This document shows positions 11,820-24,098 of a stretch of DNA of 64,000 nt, one piece after another; positions within the stretch are counted from its first letter, which is position 1; every line of letters starts with the position of its first letter. Below the pieces are notes generated by a model. That model searched no databases. It had not been told where the DNA came from and saw only the letters and a program-made list of their open reading frames with translations. Made by a program: the position numbers and the translations under genes. The stretch is from positions 86,490,001 to 86,554,000 of the forward strand of contig OZ024742.1 of the NCBI GenBank assembly GCA_964016885.1. Direction: 5' to 3'. The DNA is from Eledone cirrhosa (Eukaryota).

Positions 11820-14518
11820 TATATATAGAGAGAGTTTGTGTGTGAGAGAGAGAGAGAGAGAGAGATGTTGGTGGAGTGATAGGAAGGCAAATATAATGCA
11901 GGGTAAGGTGAGAAGATCTGTCATTAGACTCATGCAGTAGCTACGAAACCTTCGTTGGTGCATAATTCTAACCGAAACCTTATATTTCTTAAAAATGATG
12001 AATACATATAAGTATAGTTGAAATATCTACCGAAAGCAGACACTGAGATAAAAGCATTTAAAATCCCAGGCGTAGTATTTATATTAGTTTGTTTTAATGC
12101 TCAGATATGAACCACTTTCAAATGAACGATTTCTTAATTCAATTATGTTGCATTTGATTCAAGTAAGAAAAAGTGTGTCCAAAGAACTAGATAATAGTTA
12201 TACTATGCTTTAAATCCAAAATGAAGTGTAACTACTTGTGGCTTCCATTATTGAGTTATCTATCCCCATACCTATGTATGTACCTCTTTATAACTCTTTA
12301 TCTAATTTTTATCGCATATTACATTCTCCCTCTATGTATCCGTCTATCTGCGACAAGTGTATCCCTCCAACTATAAACACGCACATAACATTTCACTCAC
12401 TCTAATGAAATGTGAAGGCGCAAAACAGTAGCTGTAAAATTATCTCAGCAGACACTGTTGATTTTTCTCGCCAAACCAGAGACACTTTGCTATGTTATGT
12501 GATCTGGAATTGTTTTTCTATTTGTTAAAATTAACTCACTTTTGGAAGCAATAAAATATTCATTAGCACGTTTTCAAAATTCAGAAAATATATAAACACC
12601 AAGGATCACATAAATGAGTCCACGTCATTTTGTCGGTTGCTCGTAAATTAATTTTCTCTTATTTAACATAATCATACAATGCACTGTAATCAAATCATTA
12701 TTTATAAATGCTCACATATAATATTTCGGCTAGAGAATTCATAAAACATAAACCTATTGATTATGAATCCCTTAAATTCCTCTACTTCCGTGATATTTAT
12801 TACTAATTCTTGGATATGAAGTCTGCATTAATTAACATTCTTAGAACAGAAATGTTTCCAAATAAATTCGGGATTTTTCTGTTTTTTTAATGATTGAGAT
12901 CTTATTAGTGAAAGAAATAGGTGGGTCAGCTGAAACGTTCATGTGCAAACAAAGTTATTCTCATGGAATTAGGAAATAGGGTATCCCCCGGAAAAAAACA
13001 AAACAATGCAGTTATTAACAAGAAAAGTTAAAATTACAAGATTTCACAGCGTAGCGTCGCTCCTTCGAACTTTCAGGCCTTGTATTCTGCTGCTTTTTTG
13101 AAGCATGGTAGATTCTCAAAGTTTGACTCCGACTAAAGCTATATTATTAGCAGAATCTGTTGTTAGTTTGTGGCACAGTTGAGTCTAGTGTGATTTTCGT
13201 AGAGTGAAACCGAGATGATTTTTTTATTTTTTCAATTAATTAGCAAAATATCTAGAGCTGGTAAATGATAAATATGAATGTACAGTTGTTACAAAGGTAT
13301 ATGAGTGTTTGATATCATTGAGGTTGTCCTGCCTCTTTTTCTACAGTCATCATTCTATGAGCAATGAATACAGAGGAGAAGATTAAGAACAATCTGTAGG
13401 GTACTAACTCATCATAGTGAATAGTTAGGATAATGGAACACTTACACAGACAGCCGAAAGTACATTACAGGCTTCAAGACCCTGAATATGGACAAGGATT
13501 GACATTATCAAAATATTTCGTTTAATCTAGCTCCAACAGATCCATTTCACTACTGTGTCGCGTAGATTATCCACCTTCTCTATAATGTTTCACCTTAGGT
13601 TGAGTTTGTCGATGATGTACCCTTTCAGAAAGGTACATTCCCGAGCATCACCAATTGGACTGCGAATAGAGCCGAACTCACCTATGTGAGCTTGACCAAG
13701 TTCAAGAAATATACATTCAGAAGTATGGTTGACCAAACACTTATAGAATTTCGAAAATGTTAAGGTTGATACTGAACAATCTAGTGCACATTAAGATCTA
13801 ACAAAACAGGTAGAGACACAACAGGAAAGATTTAAATTTCGGTGGATCACACAAACAAAAACGAAAATATAATGCTACAAACTGAAATGCGCCACCTTTT
13901 ATTACTTTATCCATGAAATTTGGCACAATTTCGAATCTTTCTTTTTAAATTCTCACATATTTCTAGCCGGATCGCTTTTTGCACCACAATTTGAGCACAT
14001 AATATTCTCATCAGCAAATGGTCGGTTAAATTACTGCAGACTGCATTTTTATCCGCGCTCGTTTATTTTACAATCTCTATAATAATGAAGGGAGGAGGAG
14101 TGCGGGACAGCTTCTGATTTATATCTTTTAATCCAGTTCGGAAAATAGGTTGGATTTTGTTTCTACTTTTGGCACCAAGCCAGCAGTTACCGAGTACATC
14201 ACGGGTACTTTATTTCATCGACCCCGTGTATTCAATAATTATATGTTTCGGTGGCAGGTTTGGTAAGTTTAACACATGATTTGACCACGTAACGTTATTC
14301 GATATTTTCTTGTATTTCAAATATAATGGTGGTTATCAACACGTCTGTCCATAAATAGGAGTTACTTACAGCTGATTCAATTAATCATATTGACACAGGC
14401 ATGTACGTGCAGCCATGCGCATACATAATACGCCTATCAACAAGAACGTGCTGTTCATGAGGTGGTTCATAGGTACATCAGAACCATCGGAACTCACACG
14501 CATACACACACAAGACAA

Positions 14519-14555
<37 letters not shown>

Positions 14556-14630
14556 AAAAAGTATGACCCCGACGGCAGAGCTCAAGCCGTTTCGACGGCT
14601 ATTTCTAGACAGAAATTACCACAATTTCGT

Positions 14631-14667
<37 letters not shown>

Positions 14668-14668
<1 letters not shown>

Positions 14669-14783
14669 ATAATTGTTTCTACTTTAGGCACAAGGCCAGC
14701 TATTACCCAGTGCATTACTGGTACTTTATTTTATCGACCCCGTAAGGATGAAAGGCAAAGTTAACCTCGACGGGATTTGAACT
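14668..14783 (-). mobile_element. SINE, 5'-truncated
   Basis: ttttatcgaccccgtaaggatgaaaggcaaag core; a further fragment lies at ~14155-14226. Confidence 0.85.
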
Positions 14784-14794
14784 TATATATATAG

Positions 14795-15345
14795 TAATAA
14801 TGATAAATTTGAAGACTAAAATCCAAAGAGACTCGATAAGGATAAATATATATCAAATATATAAGAACCGTAGAGCAAATATTTACTAAAATAACAGATT
14901 AAAGTTTAAGCAAAGAATCGCTGCTTTCACCCTTAACGGGATCTACTGAAACTGACAAAGTCAATCTGTAAACGCAGAAGTGAATATTTCAAAAAACGTT
15001 GCAACCGGAGGAAGACAGGAAGACGATATTTTGGTTCGTGGTAACGTTCCTTGGCAAAATCGGGAAAAAACGAATATAATACGTCATTAATATGAGCGGT
15101 GAAAAACAATTACACGCAAAGACAGAACCACGTTTATGGTATAAAAGAAGTCGTATACTAATATTCTCTTAAGTGGTTCATAGAGACGTTCTCTGGCAAT
15201 GAACGAAAAAAAAAACGAAGATAATACGTCATGTGTGGAGCGTGGAGAACAATTGCACGTAAAACAACAAAACCACGTAAATGGTATAACTGAAGTCGTA
15301 GACTAAAATTCTAACTAGGAAACCGAATGATTCTCCGCTTCACTT
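14795..15345 (-). mobile_element. Non-autonomous pLTR-like element, with a second copy at 58200-59050
   Basis: Long match to 58200-58650, an internal tandem duplication of ~140 bp, an HHR-like motif at 14904-14952 and (TA)n flanks. Confidence 0.75.
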
Positions 15346-15355
15346 TAATATGTTA

Positions 15356-15653
<298 letters not shown>

Positions 15654-15858
15654 AGGAGAAAGTATGACCCCGACAAAAGAGCTCTAGCCGTTTCGACCGG
15701 CTACTTCTGGGCTCCTGGCGACCAGAAACAGCCGTCGAAACTGATTGCGCTCTACCGTCGGGGCCATATTTTCTCCTATTATCCACACTACTACCCTAAG
15801 TAGTGAGTACTCTGGTGCTTTATGGTATATCTGGTTACTTACCACAACTCCTTCGTTA
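15654..15858. mobile_element. Mini fold-back derivative of the 17.9-20.2 kb pLTR family
   Basis: gaccccgac...gccgtttcgac mirrored by gccgtcgaaa...gtcggggcc, then the family tail. Relatives at 14552-14612, 38608-38797 and 40057-40120. Confidence 0.7.
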
Positions 15859-15939
<81 letters not shown>

Positions 15940-17209
15940 ATATATATAAATACAAAATATAAAACAATCAAATATTTGCTTAATGCATCTAATTGCAGAC
16001 GCTCGTTTCTTCAAAGACAACTGTATGGATCCATATAGGAGCATACACAATGTTTAAAATGTAATTACATTCCTAGTCTCTAGAACAATCATTAAGATAC
16101 ATTATCATTAACAGTGTGAGTGATCATAATAGCTCACAGTATTTTTAAAACCGTGAGCAACTAGTTTCTTTCTTTTAATATTGGACATGTATTGCATGCA
16201 CTTTAAAGCAACATTAGAATCTAAATGTTACGAAATGTTAGAAAAATTATATGGGGGGTAACAAAATAAATAACTTAAAACACTATGTTTTATTGTACCT
16301 TTAGATTTTAGTACTAAACTCTAGAGAAATAGTACAATATTTTGATAGATAAGAAGATAAATCATTCGAGGGGGAGTATAGATTCGGCATGGAAGCTTAC
16401 ACACACGCACGCACACACGCACACACGTACACATACACACATACACACACACATATACACACACACACATACACACATACACGTGCACATACACATTAAC
16501 CCGCATCTTAATATTCAATTATGAAACCATATCTGCACTAAGTGGCCAAAATATATTATAACCTTGCATAAGTTTATGAAGAAATTCGTAATAATCGAGA
16601 TATTTTAAATGTTTATATTTAGAAATACTTAGCACTCACACACACGTTATCATGGAAAACATACATTTCACTTTGAAATAAAACAAAAATAAACCGATCA
16701 AAATATTTAACGACCTTTGGAGCCTGATTGCTATTTCATCAGACGAAATATATATTTTTAAAAGATAAGCAAAAAGGAACGCTCAATCGAGTAAATTATA
16801 TAATATATCACACCGTGTAGTATATCGATACATACGTTCCAACGTGTACGTTATTAGCGCATATGTTAGCAGTTAATAAGATTATATTAAATTGATAGCA
16901 TGAAGCAGATATTTACGATAAAGATATATATGTATGGATACCGTATAAAAGTGAGAGATGGTACGTAAATGTGTATATTCATTGTTTTTACCAATATACA
17001 GGTAAGTAACCATATTTGTCATGTCTCTATGTCTATATACCAAAAACGTGTGCATTTATATACATACTTACGCAGTATCTTTTAAATCTATTCCTAATCC
17101 ATACCAATGTAATTTTGTCACACAAACGCACACACTAATAAATAAACCCACGCGCCCCGACACACATATACACACATATGCACACATACATATACATACA
17201 AACACACAC

Positions 17210-17262
<53 letters not shown>

Positions 17263-17265
17263 TAA

Positions 17266-17297
<32 letters not shown>

Positions 17298-17828
17298 CCT
17301 CCTCACTTTTGGTTGCCCATGTCTCTCTCTCTCATTCTCTCCTGTCTATGTGAGAGGCAGCACGATTATACCAGCTCTGAGTCGTAGCTGAACTCGAGGC
17401 TAAAGTCTCCTAGACTGGCCACAACTTACTTTCCCTATTTTTCCACGTTAACTTTTTTGCATCTTTCTTTCACCTGTGTCTTCCCATGATGGGATCTGTA
17501 AACTTTTTTTCTTATATTCCTTTCCTTTTTTCCCCTACCTCCTCTCTCCTGATCTTTCCCCCTTGTTCTACCTCCTTTCTCTCTCTTTCCTTTTCTCCCT
17601 CTTTTTTCTCTCTTTCTCTCTCCTTTTCCACCTGACCTTTTGATTAATAAAAGGACTGGGGCGCACCCTAACTACACCGTGGTCCTGTAATTCAGCGCCG
17701 AAACATCGGTTTGGGATACATTTACAGCTGACAATGGAAACGCCTTTCTTCCTTTCTCCTCCTGTTACGTCCTAACCACCATTCTAAACCGTGTTTTTAG
17801 TAACCACACAGCTCTTTTCATTTCATAA

Positions 17829-17859
<31 letters not shown>

Positions 17860-17951
17860 ACGAAGGAAATGTGGTAAGGAACCAGGTGGACTATAACGCA
17901 CCATACTACTCAATACTTAGGGTAGTAGAGTGGGTAATAGGAACAAGTAAG

Positions 17952-18045
17952 ACCCCGACGGCTGAGCTCAAGCCGTTTCGACGGCTAATTCTGGACTGAA
18001 TGAAAATTTATTCTGGTATTTAAATAGCCAAGCTTATCAAGGGGT
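17952..18045 (-). ncRNA. Hammerhead with U3-A8 core (inverted copy)
   Basis: Reverse complement of the 20126-20219 motif. Confidence 0.75.
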
Positions 18046-20125
18046 AATTCCATATATGGTCAAAGAGATAATCACCAGGATTGGTCACATCACAAATTAG
18101 TAGTAAATCTGTGATGGCAAATTGGTGGGGGAAGAGGTAGCTGAACCTGCCGGTAGGTGAAAAAGGGAGAGGGAGTGGAGTAGACCCATTCATGCGTTGG
18201 TAGTGCCGGCTACAGCTGGATGTGAGGTCAAAGAAGATACTGGGGAGGGGGAGGAAGTCGAAACGGTAAGTAGAACAATGAGGGTAAAACTATAAAAAGT
18301 ACTGAGAGAGAAAAAAAAAAAATAAGGAAAGTCTGGTTACTAAGACTTAAGTCTCTCGCTATTGCTAGGCTAAAGAAATACATAAATAAATAAATAAACA
18401 AATAAGTGAATAAAAGAATAGGTAAATAAATAAAAAAAAATATATATATATATATATATAATGAAGAATAAAAAATAAATAAAAATTAACTAGGTGGGAC
18501 GGAAATAAAGGGACCCTTATACGAGGTATAAGTGCGTGTATCGTACGGTGACGGGTCAACAAAGGTGGGGCCAAAATACTAAAGAGACTACCACGAAATA
18601 ATAAAGGTTTCTACCCCAATCACAGGGCCAGCAACCACCCAGAGCAAGAAAGTAAACTAGTACGAGAATATAATTCAGGGTCCCGCAAACAAATACTCGT
18701 GCTAACTCTAAGGGTACCGCCACGAAACAAAAAGTCTTATACAAGCTACATGAAAGATCGTACGAAGTAAAAGTAAAGAACGGAAAATTAATACAGAACC
18801 CCCCCCCCCCCCCCCAAAAAGGAGTTGGACCAACTTTAGGAGACGGACCAACTCCTAAACAAGAAAGATGAATTGGTTACTGCATGTAAACACCGATTAC
18901 GTAGGACTTACCTCGCCCTCAAACCCCATAATGACCCGGGGTGGGGGGGGAGTAGACTAGGGCTATAACACCCCACTTGCCTATTTTGTAAGGGGTAACC
19001 CCTGCTTGCCAATGGAGACGTAAGATCTTCTTTTACATTTTGTATCGCTTCCTCTATATTTCCTCCTTCCCCCATCCCTCCCTAGTCCTTCTACCTCAGT
19101 TCCCTTTCTTTGTCGTCGCCTTTTTCTCCCCCTGCCGAGGTAGCCCCTCGGTCTCTTGTAGCTTCAGCACCACCACCACCCTCCCATATTCTATGATAGA
19201 TTTGGCCGACTCCGCTTTTTATGGCAGAGGTGTTAGACTTCTGATACTTGCCCCCTTCTCCGACCGCTGTCCCTTTTTTCCGTGCCTTTTATATTTCTTA
19301 GTGGCATCTTTGCTTTAATTCCTCGTTTATCCAGTATTTCTTTCCTCTTTTTCCCTTTTTTTTTTGGGGGGGGGGGTGTTTCTGTATTAATTTTCCGTTC
19401 TTTACTTTTACTTCGTACGATCTTTCATGTAGCTTGTATAAGACTTTTTGTTTCGTGGCGGTACCCTTAGAGTTAACACGAGTATTTTTTTGCGGGACCC
19501 TGAATTATATTCTCGTACTAGTTTACTCTCTTGCTCTGGGTGGTTGCAGGCCCTGTGATTGGGGTAGAAACCTTTATTATTTCGTGGTAGTCTCTTTAGT
19601 ATTTTGCCCCCTCCCCCCTATGTTGACCCGTCACCGTACGACACACGCACTTATACCTCGTATAAGGGTCCCATTATTTCCGTCCCACCTAGTTTATTTT
19701 TATTTATTTTTTATTCTTCATTATATATATATATTTTTTTTAATTTATTTATCTATTCTTTTCTTCACTTATTTGTTTATTTATTTATTTATGTATTTCT
19801 TTAGCCTAGCAATAGCGAGAGACTTAAGTCTTAGTAACCAGACTTTCCTTATTTTTTTTTCTCTCTCAGTACTTTTTATAGTTTTACCCTCATTGTTCTA
19901 CTTACCGTTTCGACTTCCTCCCCCTCCCCAGTATCTTCTTTGACCTCACACCCAGCTGTAGCCAGCACTACCAACGCATGAATGGGTCTACTCCACCCCC
20001 TCTCCCTTTTTCACCTACCGGCAGGTTCAGCTACCTCTTCCCCCACCAATTTGCCATCACAGATTTAATACTAATTTGTGATGTGACCAATCCTGGTGAT
20101 TATCTCTTTGACCATATATGGAATT

Positions 20126-20219
20126 ACCCCTTGATAAGCTCGGCTATTTAAATACCAGAATAAATGTTCGTTCAGTCCAGAATTAGCCGTCGAAACGGCT
20201 TGAGCTCAGCCGTCGGGGT
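20126..20219 (+). ncRNA. Hammerhead with U3-A8 core
   Basis: acccc TTGATAA gct cggcta...tagccg tc GAAA cggct tgagctc agccg TC ggggt; all three stems pair; GUC site. Confidence 0.8.
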
Positions 20220-20229
20220 CTTACTTGTT

Positions 20230-20265
<36 letters not shown>

Positions 20266-20274
20266 CATATATAC

Positions 20275-20306
<32 letters not shown>

Positions 20307-20319
20307 GGAGAGAGAGATA

Positions 20320-20728
20320 ACAATGAAATTAAATTTCCTTTCTCACTCTTAGTACAGCTTATACTTAAATGTAAGTATGTACACGTACATACATATATGT
20401 ATACAGACGTACAGTAGTATGTATATATATATATACATAGATGCCCACATATATATATATATGTACGTATGGGTTTTCCGAACATTTATTATAATGTTCG
20501 GCTTGTTTGTAAACAAACAGCCCGAATTAAGCCGTACAGTGTTCGGCAACCATCGTCGCCCTTTTGCTCAACACTGACAACGGAACGATGAACTAGTTTC
20601 AAGCTTATTAGTTATCGTCATCATCGTATACCTTCTTGTCAGATGATTGAACGTTTGAAAGTATATACTTTCCTTATGTATATTAGCTGCTGAGCAGCCT
20701 AATTTAGTATATACTTTCAAACGTTCAA
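20320..20728. repeat. Structured interspersed repeat, labelled family K here (also 52940-53760, and inverted at 33700-34020)
   Basis: Shared hairpins ccgaacatttattataatgttcgg, gtttgtaaacaaac and aaagtatatacttt. Confidence 0.75.
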
Positions 20729-23700
20729 TTGATATGGAGGGTTTTTGGTTTTTCTCGCATCTTGTTGGTGTTCGAATGTTAGTTACGTTTTGTGGAAAAA
20801 AGTGGCTCGAAATGCTAGGTTATTTTTTAGAAAAGTAATTTGGTTGGTTGATGACTGTCACATGAATAAGTATTTCGCGCCAGTTCACGTTACAAAGTAT
20901 ACATTTGCCTTTAAAATGTATATATTTGCCTTTAAAAACAGGTGGGGGTGGGGCTCTGATTGATTTTTCCTATATGAGTGAAATTTGGTTGGGTGATGCA
21001 GTCACGTGAATAAGCACATCAACATTCGCGCCAGTTCGTCGCTCAAAAAAGTGTTTTTATAAATGTACTTTGATTGATTATGATTCTCACGTGAATAAGT
21101 ACATTAAATTTCGCGCCCGTATATGGGAATTCTTTGTAGCCATTTAGAGAATTATGTGCCAAACGACAGATAATGGTCAAGAAAAAAGTGATGAGCAGAA
21201 TTGTGTTAAAACATGTGTTAAATAATCGCTTTCCTTTTTAATTAAGTCTTCCTGGTATCGACAAATGAATGTGTATAATCTGGTCATCGTATGTGATTGC
21301 TTTTTACACTTTCATAGTAGTTAGTGTCTTGTAAGAGAGTGCACATATAATGTTAATACTGTTCAGCATCCATAAGGACGACAGTACTTCCCTTGTCCGC
21401 TTCCTTAATTACAATGTCAGTATTGTTTTTTAGTTCATGTATAATTTCCCATTCCCTTCGACACGTATTGGGTTTGGGTTTAGGTTGCGGTAGTTCATGG
21501 TATGGGAAAGTTTCTATGTCGTTACCCAATTTGTCCAGAACTCTGTTCCTGCCCTTTGTTGGGTTGTAGCTGCTTTTATTCCGATTGCTCGTTATTTTCC
21601 TTGTCAAAGAATTCCTCTGTTAAACGTAATTTTCTACAAAATTGTGAAATATCGTCATTTATCTCATTGAAGTTAGATCATTGTGGTGTTGGTGTGAATT
21701 TCAGTCCTTTGGAGAGAATTAATTTATTGGGCTGGGAAGTTTGTATTTGAAAGATTGATTATTTTCGGTTTATCAAAATCGGGTGTCGTGGGTCCTGTTA
21801 CCTTGGTCTAAAAAATGATTTTTTCTGAATTGTTTTTTCATGGGTATTATTATATCTAATGGCATTTCCCCGGTTGTTGTGTGGTCTTGCATAGAACTTT
21901 CGAATTTATTGAGGGTCGATTTGTTGATGGTCCGGGTTGTAAATGTTGTTCCTTTGTGTGGGTTGGGATATACGATTTTGGAACACGTTCTGTTTGGTTT
22001 GTGATCTGGAGGACATTCGGTTTTTCTTAGTAGGGTTATAGTTTTGTCTATGGATTCTGGGATTATCGTTATAATTTTGCTGGGGGTATGTTGGACCCTT
22101 TGTTACTTTTTTTGTTATCTGTTGTGAGTGTGGTGTGTGAGTTTTAATTTGTTTTAAAAATGGATTACCTGTATGGTGTTCAGTTTTGAAATCCATTTCG
22201 TAGTTGTTGAAACAGGTGGCGTATTTTCCCATCGCTGGAGGAATTTTAGTTCTTCATCCGCACAATTTTATTTCCAGAGTTTTAAATTTTTTTCATAGAG
22301 TAGGCCTTCGGCGTGCCTTGAGGTTTCTGTTTCGAGTGACTTGAAATTGTCTTCGTTGCAGTTGGCTCTTATCCACAACAATTCTATTTTTATTTTAAAC
22401 TTTTCTATGGCCATATTTTCCCTAAGTATTTGTTGGTTTTCTGGTTCTTTCAGGAGGGGTTTTATTTGAAGTTTTTTAGGGCGAATGATTGGGGTAGAGT
22501 TTAGCCACTTTTCATATATGTCTGCCTTGCCATTATTTTTTAGGAGATTCCAAAGGGCAAATTTCCGAGCTGTGAGCTTTTCAGTTCATATATTGATTGG
22601 GATCTTTTTCACTAACCTCTCGTAGATTGGGTTCGAATGTTTGATCCAGCTTTTGGTGCATTGCTGTTTCAATGGTTTCGATTAGTTTAGTTAATGCTGG
22701 AGTAACAATCGTCTCTTGGATATTTTATCCTTCTTCGTTGGGTCCTTTTTTATAGATATGTATTTGGTCCACTTTGTTGGTCAAAATTGCAAGTTTGGGG
22801 GAAATTCATTTAAGATGTCCTGCTTCAGTGAGTTGTCTTTTTGTAGAGACTTCTTAGTGGCATTTTCGGTCCTCGTGTGGTGGGTATGTATTAGAAAATG
22901 ATGTTTTTTTCCAAAATGAAAAAAACGAGATGTATTACAAGAGGGAAGGTATAAGGAATAAAATATAGATTATGTTAACACCATAACATGCTACCCATCC
23001 AAACAGACACGTACACACACACCCAGAAACACACACACACACATAACACCTTCTATACTCGATAATAAAATCCATAGCTAAATAAACCTTAACATACGAT
23101 ACTACTCTAACAGCTTAACATGCTAAACACACACACATAACTCGCTCCCCCATTTCTACTAACGGAATCATTTTCCAACACACACACAAATATATATTCT
23201 CTACATCTTAACATGCTAACCATACTCCCACACACATAATTCCTTCCCCCATTTCTACTAATAGAATCCTCCCCCCGTCACACACACACACACACACAAA
23301 TCAGCTCACAAAGAAAAATATATATATCTCTGATTTCTTTATTTCAATACAAAATCTGAATTTTGAATCCATAACACATCAGCCATACTCACAGAACCAG
23401 AACAATTATCCCCATGCTTTTTTTCTTGACCATTATCTTTTGCTTGGCACACAATTCGCTAAATGGCTACAAATAATTCCTATATACGGGCGCGAAATGT
23501 AATGTACTTATTCACGTGAGAATCATAATCAATCAAAGTACATTTATAAAAATAAATTTTGAGCCACTCTTTTAAGTGAAAATAACTTTCAAACACGAAA
23601 TGGCGGGAAAGTCGATGTGCTTATTCACGTGACTGCATCAACCAACCAAATTTCAATCATATATGAAAAAATAATCTGACCCCCCCCCCCCCACCTTTTT

Positions 23701-24060
23701 TTTTTTAAAGACAAATATAATAAGAACTTTGTAACGCGAGCTGGCGCGAAATTTATAAACACTTATTCACGTGAAAGTCATCAACCAACCAAATTACTTT
23801 TCTAAAAAACCTAGCATCTCGAGCCACTTTTTTCCACATAAAACAGAAGTAACTTTCGAACACCGATCAGATGCGAGAAAAACCAAAAAATCTCCATCTC
23901 AATTCAACTTTTGAAAAGCATAAGAATTGTAAAACCGGTAAAGGAATCAAATACATATTCTTAAAAGACTCCAGTTGCATTTTCGATTTCATCTTTTTTC
24001 ATTATACTTTCACTCGCGTAGGTCATCTCGTTTCTTTTAATTTTGGAAAAAAAAAGGCAT
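20726..24060 (-). mobile_element. Internally deleted Penelope-like element with inverted pLTRs
   Basis: Minus strand LSKGLKFTPTP and DIVIKEADKGSTVVLMD (PLE DKG domain); no RT core or endonuclease visible. Inverted repeats 20726-21203 and 23402-23905; decayed HHR at 23908-23943. Confidence 0.8.
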
Positions 24061-24098
24061 TTTATTATATATATATAGAAAGATAGATATATATATAT

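Larger units (their letters stand above)
17858..20232 (+). mobile_element. 5'-truncated Penelope-like element with ~880-bp inverted pLTRs
   Basis: Arms ~17938-18818 and ~19355-20232 are near-perfect reverse complements. The spacer encodes LLNKKDELVTACKHR, a PLE GIY-YIG C-terminus. Inserted in (TA)n. Confidence 0.85.

Noticed and set aside
17626-17716. HHR-like motif with a hairpin inserted in the core (CTGA ccttttgattaataaaag GA ctgg ggcgc...gcgcc GAAA catcgg TT tggga)
   Set aside because: It is single-copy and needs two non-canonical insertions, so it cannot be separated from chance.
20584-20620. SECIS element (ATGA...AA hairpin) in family K
   Set aside because: It lacks the 3' GA of the quartet, and ATGA is not conserved in the 53 kb copy.
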